Shown here piece by piece: positions 1-8,571 of a stretch of DNA of 64,000 nucleotides. The notes beneath the pieces were generated by a model. That model was not told the origin of the DNA and made no database searches. It was given only the letters and a program-made list of their open reading frames with translations. The stretch is from Coriobacteriia bacterium (GTDB taxonomy: Bacteria > Actinomycetota > Coriobacteriia > Anaerosomatales > PHET01). Position numbers and translations under genes: made by a program. The stretch lies in the NCBI GenBank assembly GCA_034370385.1, contig JAXMKZ010000011.1:165103-229102 (forward strand), written 5' to 3'. Numbering within the stretch: the stretch's first letter is position 1; each line of letters opens with the position of its first letter.

Positions 1-756
1 CACACGCGACTTGAGCCGGGCACGGGCATCATCGCTCAGGCCGAGCTGATCGATCTCACGAGCAAGCTGCGCTTGTGTCCCGCTTCCTGCAAGGTACCCG
101 TTGACCTTCATCGCCGAGGTGCTCTCACGCAGCGCCTCTTCGTCATCGCCGAGCATCGCTCTGAATTCGGCCGTAATCGCTCCGTCACGCCGCAAGTACC
201 ACTTCTGGTGGTAGTCCTCGGCTGGCCAGAAGCGGTCAAGCCGGTCGATTCGCGTGACAACGGGCCTGCCGCGCTTCTCAGACATGGCGCGGGCCCTCTC
301 GCGGGCGATCTCGAGCTCTTCGGCGTCGCTCGCCAGCACGACATGGGCGTACTGGCCGCTTGTGGGGCTCGATGCCGCGTTGTACTCGCCTAGCACGAGG
401 TCCACGAGCTCCGCATAGCTGACGACGGTCGGGTCGTAGTCCACCTGCACGCACTCGGTGTGGCCTCTCATATCCTTGTACGTCGGGTTCTGAGAGTCGC
501 TGCCTGCGTAGCCGACGCGGGTCCTCCACACGCCTTCGACAAGCCCGAACCGGGCTTCGACGCCCCAGAATCAACCCAAACCGAACGTAGCGGTCGAAAG
601 CATTGCCGGAACCTCCTTGTCGATTGGTGCGGAAGCGGTGCGCACAGGAGCCGATGCGGGCTGCGTCGCGGCGTCACATCCCGCGAGTGCGACCCCCGTT
701 AGTGCGAGGGCGGCTGCGGCGACGAGAATCCGGCGGACGTGCACTGAGCGAGGCAC
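1..756 (-). CDS. msrA: Peptide methionine (S)-S-oxide reductase MsrA. The C-terminus runs off the window edge. An in-frame TGA (573..571) sits at the catalytic Cys position, so this is a candidate selenocysteine codon. The start is either GTG 756 (lipoprotein-type signal) or ATG 603.
   Basis: Manual minus-strand translation: MLSTATFGLG-TGA-FWGVEARFGLVEGVWRTRVGYAGSDSQNPTYKDMRGHTECVQVDYDP...AEDYHQKWYLRR. This matches the MsrA signature GCFWG..VGY.GG..PTY..GH.E.V.V.YDP. The frame stays open from 570 to position 1. Confidence 0.75.
541..557 (-). promoter_or_regulatory. Candidate bacterial SECIS-like hairpin 3' of the msrA UGA
   Basis: The mRNA reads UGA-UUCUGGGGCGUCG-AAGCCC-GGUUC-GGGCUU. This gives a 6-bp stem and a 5-nt apical loop starting with GG, about 19 nt after the UGA. 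Confidence 0.4.
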
Positions 757-924
757 GGGACACCTTCGCGAGTAGGGTGCGTGTCACCCTGAAGTGCAAT
801 TCACGTGCCTGCGATAGCAAACGGACCGCAGTCCGACATGTGCCCCCGTTCAGGGAGACACAACGAGTCCCCTGTGGCCACGATTCTCACTGTTGCCGCG
901 TCCCGCTTCAGCTAGACTCTCCGC

Positions 925-1914
925 ATGACTCCTGACGCAGCCGCCGCCCCTCGCCAGCGCCTCGTCGCCCTGGCGCGCATAGCGGCCGCCGGACTCATCT
1001 GGGGCACGATACCGCTGATCATGCGCAGTGCGGACGGCGCGTCGGTCGTCAAGGTGTTCTTCCGGGTCTTCTTCGCCTGGGTCGTCATCGCGCTGGGCTT
1101 GGTGGCCACCGGCGGCTGGCGCGAGCTTCGAGGGCTGTCACGCTCAAAGGTGCTGCAGGTGGTGGGACAGGGCCTGATCCTGACCCTCAACTGGTTTCTC
1201 TTTCTGACCGCCATCGACATGACGACCGTGGCCACGGCAGAGCTGCTCGGCTATACCGGCCCGGTCATCGTGGCGGCCCTCGCCCCCTACGTGACAGGCG
1301 AACCGTTCGATCGACGCGTGATCGCCCCCCTCTCGCTCGCCATGGTGGGCATCGTCGTGATCCTGGCCCCCCACGGCCTGCAGGTGGGCACCGACGAGGA
1401 GGCCATCGGCGCCCTTCTGGCGTTCGCCTCGGCCTTCACGTACGCCACGCTGCTTCTGCGCTCGAAGAAGATCCTGCGTGGCATCTCGAGCGGGGCGCTC
1501 ATGTTCATGGAGTACGCGACCGCATCGCTCGTGCTCCTGCCGTTTGTGATCGCGGCCTACCTGCGGGGGGACGCTCCGAGCACGCCCGTGGCTTACGCCG
1601 CTCTCGTCTCTTTGGGCATCATCCACACAGCGTTTGCCGGCTTCCTCTTCCTGGGAGGCTTGCGCCGGGTGCGCACCGACCATGCGGCGATTCTGACCTA
1701 CGTCGAGCCGGTGAGCGCGGTGGTGTTCGCGTCGCTGTTCCTGAGCGAAGCGCTGACGTGGACCACGCTCGTCGGCGGTGCACTGGTGATCGGCGGCGGA
1801 GTCGTCGTCGCCCGCCTTGAGGCCCGCGAGGGGATCGAGACCGTCCCCCTTGAAGCCGCCGGAACCGACGTGTGCCTCGATGATGCCGATTCGCGGTCCC
1901 CGGAACCACCGTAG
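925..1914 (+). CDS. EamA/DMT-family permease (about 10 TM)
   Basis: 329-aa hydrophobic ORF with two EamA-like halves. It is divergent from msrA. Confidence 0.8.
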   Translation: MTPDAAAAPRQRLVALARIAAAGLIWGTIPLIMRSADGASVVKVFFRVFFAWVVIALGLVATGGWRELRGLSRSKVLQVVGQGLILTLNWFLFLTAIDMTTVATAELLGYTGPVIVAALAPYVTGEPFDRRVIAPLSLAMVGIVVILAPHGLQVGTDEEAIGALLAFASAFTYATLLLRSKKILRGISSGALMFMEYATASLVLLPFVIAAYLRGDAPSTPVAYAALVSLGIIHTAFAGFLFLGGLRRVRTDHAAILTYVEPVSAVVFASLFLSEALTWTTLVGGALVIGGGVVVARLEAREGIETVPLEAAGTDVCLDDADSRSPEPP

Positions 1915-1960
1915 GGAACAATCAAGAAGGAACCGATGTACACCGACGGAAGGTGCGGCC

Positions 1961-3592
1961 ATGGAACTGCCGAGATTCGATTTCCCGGAAGGCGTGCTGG
2001 CGCGCCTCGCGGCCCGTGACGGTTCGCTGTTCAGTGACGACCCCGCCGTGGCCGCGGAAGCCACCGCGTACATGGGCTGGACCGACCTGGCCGCGCAGGC
2101 GTCCCAGACGCTGCCCTTGGTCGAGGCGCTGGTCGCCGATGTGAAGGCCGAGCCTCTGACCGACGTTGTACTGCTGGGCATGGGCGGGTCATCGCTCGCC
2201 ACCCTCGTGCTCAGCCGCTTGCTGCCGGGAGACGGCACCCGGATGCACGTCCTGGACACGACCTCCCCTGTCACGATAGCTGCCACGCTCGAGGCGGTGG
2301 ATCCTGCGACGACGCTCTTCATACTGGCGAGCAAATCAGGGGGCACGGTAGAGCCCAACGCCCTCTACACGATATTCCGATCACACGCAGACGGCGCACT
2401 GGGGCGCGAGGCTGCTGGCAGGCGCTTCATAGCGATCACGGACCCGGGGTCTTCTCTTGAGCGCCTTGCGGCCGATGACGGGATGCGTGCGTGCGTGCTC
2501 GCCCCGCCCAACGTCGGCGGACGCTACTCGGCCCTGACGGTCTTCGGGCTCGTGCCGGCGGCGCTCATCGGTGTGGACGTGCGACGACTGATCTCCTTCG
2601 CGCACGCGATGGAGGAGGGCCTGCAAGACGGAGAGCCCCCCCAGCTCGCGCATCTCATGGCCAGCGGACATGCTGCGGGACGAGACAAGCTCACGATCCT
2701 TGCCCCTGAGGAGTTCCGGGTGTTCGGGCTGTGGGTGGAGCAGCTCGTCGCGGAGTCGCTGGGCAAGCATGGGCGTGGAGTCGTGCCGCTGGTAGTCCAT
2801 CAGACGTCGACACTTCGGTCCGCGCGCGCAGACGAGACGCTCATCGCGATCAACGCCTCCGATCCCACGGTGTGCCTGCCAGACGGCGACCTCCCGCTTC
2901 TGGCCTTCGAACTCGCTGACCCGCACGAGCTGGGTGGCTGGTTCGTGCTGTGGGAGTACTCGGTGGCACTTGTCGGCTGCGCCTTGCGGGTGAACGCCTT
3001 CGACCAGCCCAATGTGGCAGAGGCCAAGGCTGCGACAAACGCGATGCTTGATGGCTCGCTCCAAGCGCCGGCCTCACAGGGGGGCGAGCGCGGATTCGAG
3101 CTGACGTTCGCGAGCAGGCTCGAGGCCCCGCCGCAGGCGGATCACATCTCAGTCATCGGCGCCGTATCGCAGGCGCTCGACTCACTGCACCCGGGCGACT
3201 ATCTGTGTGTGCTGGCGTTCCTGCCCGACGACCAGACGGCTCTGGAGCCTCTGCTCTCGGCTACCGACAGCATCGGAATCGCGCGCAACGTCGGCACCGC
3301 CTTCGGGCTTGGCCCGCGCTACCTGCACTCCACCGGACAGCTGCACAAAGGCGGACCGAACACGGGTGTCTTCATCGTCGTGACCTCGCGTGACACGCGC
3401 GATGCAGAGATCCCCGGATGGCCCTTCACTCTGGGAGAGCTGCATCGAGCACAGGCCGAAGGCGATCTGGCCACGCTCGCCGCACACGGGCGGCGAGCCC
3501 TGCGCATCGATCTTCCGGACGCCGACCCGACAACGGTTCGTGCCCTCGCGGAACTGCTTGAGCGCGCTAGCAGATCTCATCAAGGGGAATGA
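1961..3592 (+). CDS. pgi: Glucose-6-phosphate isomerase (SIS-domain PGI)
   Basis: Motifs LLGMGGSSLA and ILASKSGGTVEP. ATG at 1961 is preceded by GGAAGGTG; the longer ORF from 1817 is probably a spurious extension. Confidence 0.8.
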   Translation: MELPRFDFPEGVLARLAARDGSLFSDDPAVAAEATAYMGWTDLAAQASQTLPLVEALVADVKAEPLTDVVLLGMGGSSLATLVLSRLLPGDGTRMHVLDTTSPVTIAATLEAVDPATTLFILASKSGGTVEPNALYTIFRSHADGALGREAAGRRFIAITDPGSSLERLAADDGMRACVLAPPNVGGRYSALTVFGLVPAALIGVDVRRLISFAHAMEEGLQDGEPPQLAHLMASGHAAGRDKLTILAPEEFRVFGLWVEQLVAESLGKHGRGVVPLVVHQTSTLRSARADETLIAINASDPTVCLPDGDLPLLAFELADPHELGGWFVLWEYSVALVGCALRVNAFDQPNVAEAKAATNAMLDGSLQAPASQGGERGFELTFASRLEAPPQADHISVIGAVSQALDSLHPGDYLCVLAFLPDDQTALEPLLSATDSIGIARNVGTAFGLGPRYLHSTGQLHKGGPNTGVFIVVTSRDTRDAEIPGWPFTLGELHRAQAEGDLATLAAHGRRALRIDLPDADPTTVRALAELLERASRSHQGE

Positions 3593-4058
3593 GTCTGAAC
3601 TCCCCGACCGCCCTGTCTCTCACCTCAAGCACCCCGACCGTGCGACTCGGTTGACGCCTGCGCTGTGAGGACGACCCGGGATTCACCACCAGCACGCACC
3701 CGTGCCATTCGCATCGAGGAACGTGCGAGTGGCCGCAGACCACGACATCGACATCCTCAGGAATCGGTCCTAGGTCCGAGAAATCGTGGATCACGAGGAA
3801 TCGGACGCCGCCGATGCGTGTGCGGGCGACGTAGTCGAGGTCCATGCCGGGAGTCGCCGCGTGATCGCAGTTGCCGGCCACCGCGGTCACCGGCGCGAGG
3901 GACTCCAGATCCCGAAGCACGTGGGGAGCGCACACGTCACCGGCGTGGATGATGGCCTCGACCCCCTCGAATGCCACCGCGACGCGCTCGTCGAGCACTC
4001 CGTGCGTATCCGAGAGCAGACCCACGAGACAGGGTGTGGCGGCTACCTCGTCGGCCAA
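3567..4058 (-). CDS. YfcE/MJ0936-family metallophosphoesterase
   Basis: LLSDTHG, HAGD, GNCD, VCGHSH and NPGS motifs in order. The 3' end overlaps the pgi 3' end by 26 nt (convergent). Confidence 0.8.
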   Translation of the reverse strand: MADEVAATPCLVGLLSDTHGVLDERVAVAFEGVEAIIHAGDVCAPHVLRDLESLAPVTAVAGNCDHAATPGMDLDYVARTRIGGVRFLVIHDFSDLGPIPEDVDVVVCGHSHVPRCEWHGCVLVVNPGSSSQRRRQPSRTVGVLEVRDRAVGEFRLIPLDEIC

Positions 4059-4059
4059 C

Positions 4060-4776
4060 CTACATCCCCAGCGCCTTCTTCAGCGCGGGAACGCGGCGAC
4101 GCGACACCGGGATCTGAGCCCCGCCCTCGCCGGTGAGCGTGAGCAGGAGCGTGCCGCCGTACATCGGCACGACTTCCTTCACGCACGACAGGTTCACGAG
4201 GTAGCGCCGGTGGATTCGGAAGAAGCCGGCTGGCTCGAGTTTGGACTCCAGGCTCGCGAGTGACATCGTGGACAGGTAGCGCTCGTTGGCCGTGTGCAGG
4301 TAGCTGTAGTCGTCCTTCGCCATGATGAAGAGAATGTCTTCCACCGAGATGAGCAGTTTCTTCCCGGCCTTCTCCACAAGGACGCGATCCACGCGAGCCA
4401 GCGCCTGCTCCGACACCGGCGTCAGGCGCGTGATCGCCTGCTTCAGCCGCTCCAGTTCCACCGGCTTGACGAGGTAGTCTGTCGCCTTGACCTCGAAGGC
4501 CTTCACGGCGTGTTCTGAGTGCGCAGTGACGAACACAATGGCCGGCGGTCGTGGATGCGCCGACAGCGTCTCTGCCAACTGCACGCCGCTCAGACCAGGC
4601 ATCTGGACATCGAGGAAGATCACGTCGTAGGGGATGGCCTTGATAAGCTGCAGCGCTTCCATCGCGTTGCCAGCCTCGCCGACCACCTCGACACCACCCG
4701 CTTCGCCCAGCAAGAACCGCAGCTCCGAGCGGGCGGGCGCCTCATCATCGACCACAAGTGCCTTGAGCATCCGCAC
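4060..4776 (-). CDS. LytR/AlgR-family response regulator (REC + LytTR), no adjacent kinase
   Basis: N-terminal receiver (VVDDE...DVIFLDVQMPG...VTA) and a C-terminal LytTR-like domain (FFRIHRRYLVNL). Confidence 0.85.
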   Translation of the reverse strand: MRMLKALVVDDEAPARSELRFLLGEAGGVEVVGEAGNAMEALQLIKAIPYDVIFLDVQMPGLSGVQLAETLSAHPRPPAIVFVTAHSEHAVKAFEVKATDYLVKPVELERLKQAITRLTPVSEQALARVDRVLVEKAGKKLLISVEDILFIMAKDDYSYLHTANERYLSTMSLASLESKLEPAGFFRIHRRYLVNLSCVKEVVPMYGGTLLLTLTGEGGAQIPVSRRRVPALKKALGM

Positions 4777-4925
4777 CTCCTCCGAGCAACGAAACCGCCC
4801 CGCAGATCATCGACGAGCAGCTTGAAGCATAGTGTATCCGCAATTCCGCGCCCGGCACACCTGCGTCAGGCAGGCCCGGAAGGGTCGGCTGACGGCGCTT
4901 CACGACGAGACCACCGTGTTCACGC

Positions 4926-5744
4926 TCAGACATCGCGCACGAGCAGCAGGTAGCGATGGGCGTCTGTGCGGAATCCGGCTGCCTCGTACGCAGTTCGCCC
5001 AGCGTAGTTGCTCTCCTGCGTACAGAGCGATATCCCGAGCGCCCCGCACCTGAGCGCCCACCGGTCCGCATCGCACAGGAGCGCGGTCGCAACGCCTCTG
5101 CGCCGGGCACCAGGGATGACCGCGAGCTTGCTCACCGACACGGTCGAGCCGAGGAGCGTCGACGCCGCGTAGCCGACCGCCACCCCTGCGTCATCTCGCA
5201 CCACACGCACGTGGTCGGTGGCGAGCATTCGCCCGAACTCCTCGGGGCCGTGTCGCCAGAACGCACCGAAGCACTCGACGTCGATGCGTTCAAGCGCCTC
5301 GACGTCGGTGGGCGTGGCCGCCTCCGGTGGGTGTGCCCGGGGCGTCCGACCGCGCGCAACGCCACCAGCGGCAACGGTGAACGCCACCAGGCCCTCAAGG
5401 TCGCCCATCCCGCACCGACGGTAGGGAGCGGCTGCGCCCTCCTGTATGAGCGGCGACATGACTCGACGGTATCCACGCGACGCTGCGATCGTCGCGGCCT
5501 GATCCACAAGACCGGCGATCCGAGCGGCGGGGGCACACAGCGCCCGTATCGCCAGTACATCCCCTCGGTCGCGCCACGCCTCGAGGACGATGACATCGCC
5601 TCGGTCTGAGACGCGCACGCGCCACGCACCTGCCTCGTGGAACGCGGCGAACTCCCGTTGCGTCCCCATGAGGTGCGCCGACCGGACCGCTGGCCACAGG
5701 CTCGCGAGCTCCTCGGAGCGTGCCTCCCGGGTCATCGTCGTCAC
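4926..5744 (-). CDS. GNAT-family N-acetyltransferase, apparently with two tandem GNAT-like halves
   Basis: The C-terminal half carries LAVIPGARRRGVATALL...AYEAAGF. The GTG start overlaps the upstream TauE stop (GTGA). Confidence 0.7.
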   Translation of the reverse strand: MTTMTREARSEELASLWPAVRSAHLMGTQREFAAFHEAGAWRVRVSDRGDVIVLEAWRDRGDVLAIRALCAPAARIAGLVDQAATIAASRGYRRVMSPLIQEGAAAPYRRCGMGDLEGLVAFTVAAGGVARGRTPRAHPPEAATPTDVEALERIDVECFGAFWRHGPEEFGRMLATDHVRVVRDDAGVAVGYAASTLLGSTVSVSKLAVIPGARRRGVATALLCDADRWALRCGALGISLCTQESNYAGRTAYEAAGFRTDAHRYLLLVRDV

Positions 5745-6529
5745 AGCAACGCGCCCACTTCACTTGCGCCCAGCCACAGGGCCATGGTCAGCAGCAACAA
5801 GGCGAATCCGATGCGTAGTCGACGATCGGCGGCGCCCGCACTGATCCGCGCGCCGACCAGTGCGCCGGGTATCACGCCGACCGTAAGGCCGGCCGCTATC
5901 GCCCAATCGATGTTCCCCAGCAGCGCGTGCGTGATGGTTCCCGGCACCGCCAGGAGTGCGACGGCGACCAGTGATGTCCCGATCGCCACTTTGATGGGGT
6001 ACCTGAGCCATCTCGTCAGAAGGGGAACGAGCACGAATCCGCCGCCCAAACCGAAGAAGCCCGAGTAGGCGCCGGTGAGCACCCCGATCGCCGCGAGCTT
6101 GAGGGCGCGCCCGCCGGTGTTCGGGACGTTGTGCGCATCGGCATCCTCACGTGGGGGCCGGTAGATCTGGATCGTCATGTCCGCTGCCGCCCAGACGATC
6201 AGAAGAGCCGTGCCGACGAGCACCACCGAACCACCGACGAGCCGGGTCGCCCACGCTCCCGCGACGGCGGTCAAAGAGCCCGCGAGGCCAACGACCACTC
6301 CGGCACGCACATCAGCGAGCCCCCGCCGCGCGTAGGAAGCCGCCCCGGTGATCGCGCTGGGCAGAATGACCGGCAGCGGCGTTCCGACCGCCACCAGGGC
6401 GGAGGCATCGGTGAAGAACCGAATCGCGGGCGTCGTGATGATGCCCCCGCCGATGCCGAACATGCCGGACAAGACCCCTGAGACGAACCCGATGCCCACC
6501 GCAACGAACGCGCCGGCCATCGAGCTCAC
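5741..6529 (-). CDS. TauE/SafE-family anion exporter (sulfite-exporter family permease)
   Basis: 262-aa polytopic protein with repeated GxGGG motifs (FGIGGGIITTP, FFGLGGGFVLVP). The GTGA overlap links it to the upstream gene. Confidence 0.8.
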   Translation of the reverse strand: MSSMAGAFVAVGIGFVSGVLSGMFGIGGGIITTPAIRFFTDASALVAVGTPLPVILPSAITGAASYARRGLADVRAGVVVGLAGSLTAVAGAWATRLVGGSVVLVGTALLIVWAAADMTIQIYRPPREDADAHNVPNTGGRALKLAAIGVLTGAYSGFFGLGGGFVLVPLLTRWLRYPIKVAIGTSLVAVALLAVPGTITHALLGNIDWAIAAGLTVGVIPGALVGARISAGAADRRLRIGFALLLLTMALWLGASEVGALL

Positions 6530-7785
6530 CTGGAGGGCGGTACGACCGGAAAACGCCCGGTGAGCGCGGTGCGGTCGATCTGACGTTCACCGGTGAACAG
6601 GGTCTCGAGCGCCACATCGCCCCAGATGCGCTCCATGAGCAGTGGCCAGCGTCGCTGGAACTCGAAGTAGTTCTGGCAGTTCTCGCGAGCGTAGGCGCCG
6701 GCTTCGCGCACGGCGTGGAGCCCGTAGCGGAAGTACAGGGCCTTCTCGGGCCGGGCGATCGCGCGCAGCATGCCCGTCATGAACGCGCGCCATCCGACCG
6801 ACGAGTCGATGAACTCGCCCGGGTAGGGCGCCATCGACTTCGGCGTCACCTGACGCAAGTCCACCTGAGACTTGGCGAACTCGATCTTGCGGTGCTCGTA
6901 CACGAAGCGATAGACGTCCTGCCTGAACCGCATCGCCTCGCTCACGGCAGTCGGCGGAAGGTGCAGCACGCACCATTCGTCGTCGATGAAGACGTCTCCG
7001 CCGTGCATGCGCGCGTTGATGACGTAGTCGACATCCTCGCCGCGTGTCACCCACGGGTCGAAACTCACCGCAGAGAACATGTCGCGGTGCAAAGCGAGGA
7101 TTCCGCCGAACGCGACCTTCGCACGCTGAATCCTCGGTGGCTTCATCACCACGTCCAAGGCCTTGTTGAATGCGTCCTGCTGACGCCAGAAGGCATCTGA
7201 CCAGTGAGGCTCGCTGTGTTTCTGCCAGCGCCCCTGGGAGTCCACGTAGTAGCCACTCTTGGCCAGCAGCGGCGTGCCGTCCTGCAGGTGAGCGCCCAGA
7301 CCGTACAGCGCCGTCTCGAGAAACGCCGCCGACTCGACCATCTCGTCGTCGTCGACGAACACCACGGAGTCATGCCCAAGCACCGCTGCCGCTATCAGGC
7401 CCACGTTGCGAACCGCTCCGTAACCGGTGAGCGTTATGCCCTCGATGAGATCGGCGAACTCGAGCTGCTCGAGTCGGCGGTGCAGCGACCCCATCTCCGC
7501 CGGGCCGAAGACGAACGCATCGATGTCGGAGAACTCATCGATGATATCCCGCACGCGGTCCTCCGCCTGGTGGGCGATGGCTTCCTCGGTGACGGCGACG
7601 ATGACAACCACGCGGCCCAGCCCACGCACATTGCGCAGGGACTGGAGGCATGCCCTGAGCGGCGGCTCGATGTCGTCGAGCGGCGTCGGGTGGTCGTAGA
7701 TGGCCGCGTTCTCGTCAACGCCGACGCGGCCTCGTCCGCCGGTCCGGCGGGTCCAGAAGGTCGGTATCACTACAACGGGGTCCAC
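6526..7785 (-). CDS. Uncharacterised GT-A-like (DXD) glycosyltransferase-like protein
   Basis: 419-aa ORF. The N-terminal VVVIPTF..., an internal VVFVDDDEMV (DXD-like) and later GEDVDY resemble a GT-A fold. I do not recognise the family. Confidence 0.45.
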   Translation of the reverse strand: MDPVVVIPTFWTRRTGGRGRVGVDENAAIYDHPTPLDDIEPPLRACLQSLRNVRGLGRVVVIVAVTEEAIAHQAEDRVRDIIDEFSDIDAFVFGPAEMGSLHRRLEQLEFADLIEGITLTGYGAVRNVGLIAAAVLGHDSVVFVDDDEMVESAAFLETALYGLGAHLQDGTPLLAKSGYYVDSQGRWQKHSEPHWSDAFWRQQDAFNKALDVVMKPPRIQRAKVAFGGILALHRDMFSAVSFDPWVTRGEDVDYVINARMHGGDVFIDDEWCVLHLPPTAVSEAMRFRQDVYRFVYEHRKIEFAKSQVDLRQVTPKSMAPYPGEFIDSSVGWRAFMTGMLRAIARPEKALYFRYGLHAVREAGAYARENCQNYFEFQRRWPLLMERIWGDVALETLFTGERQIDRTALTGRFPVVPPSR

Positions 7786-7842
7786 GGTGCGGCGGCTCCT
7801 GAGTCGGGTGCAGATCGTGTAGCAGCGCGCACCATGATACCG

Positions 7843-8529
7843 CTACGGAGCCGCTTGCGCCGTGATGGTGCGCTCATCGACCAGACAATGGCGAAGCGAC
7901 TCCTCCAGCACACGGTACGGTCGACTGCCGATGAGAAGCTCATTGCAGATCAGAGCCGCGGGCGTTGCTTCGATACCAAACGACAAGGCCATGTGACGGA
8001 ACTGATGGAGGCGCTCGTCGTACGTCCCCGCATCGAGCGCTCCCCGCGCCTCCTCGGCGCTGAGTCCGCACTCTTGTGCGATGCGCACGAGAACATCCAT
8101 CTCCCCAATATCGGCAGCGTGACCGTTGTAGGCAGCGAACAGCGCCTCGTGAACGAGCTCATGAACTTGTGGCCCCCCGTCGCGTGCGAACTCACCCAAT
8201 GAGAGCGCGAGGTGGGTGTTGGGCATGAACCCGGGCGACGCAAGGAGCAGATCGCCTTCGCGGGCCATGAGCTGCATGTGTTCCTCGACGCGCTCCGAAT
8301 GCCCGCCGCCAAACGCCTCCATCGATACTCCCCGCGCGTCGAGCGTAGGTCGCAGCTCGAACGGCACCAAGAACAGTTCGACTGCGTGCTCGCTGCGCAT
8401 ACGCTTGAAGCGTGGCCAGTCCAGGTAGCAGAACGGACAGGCGTAGTCGAAGAACACCAGAACCCGCGGCGTCACCGACTCACGGCTCTCGTCATTGTGG
8501 TCATGCTCACGGTCCGGGGTGTCAGACAT
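7843..8529 (-). CDS. DsbA/FrnE-like thiol:disulfide oxidoreductase, no signal peptide
   Basis: FFDYACPFCY thioredoxin-fold CxxC motif, with a DsbA-family helical insert. Confidence 0.75.
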   Translation of the reverse strand: MSDTPDREHDHNDESRESVTPRVLVFFDYACPFCYLDWPRFKRMRSEHAVELFLVPFELRPTLDARGVSMEAFGGGHSERVEEHMQLMAREGDLLLASPGFMPNTHLALSLGEFARDGGPQVHELVHEALFAAYNGHAADIGEMDVLVRIAQECGLSAEEARGALDAGTYDERLHQFRHMALSFGIEATPAALICNELLIGSRPYRVLEESLRHCLVDERTITAQAAP

Positions 8530-8571
8530 CGTCCTCCTTCAGTCAACGAGAAGTACGTACCCAACCCCCGC

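Noticed and set aside
3567-3592. The 26-nt convergent overlap of the pgi and phosphoesterase 3' ends, considered as a regulatory antisense feature.
   Set aside because: Short convergent overlaps are common in compact high-GC genomes. Nothing else in the sequence points to a function.
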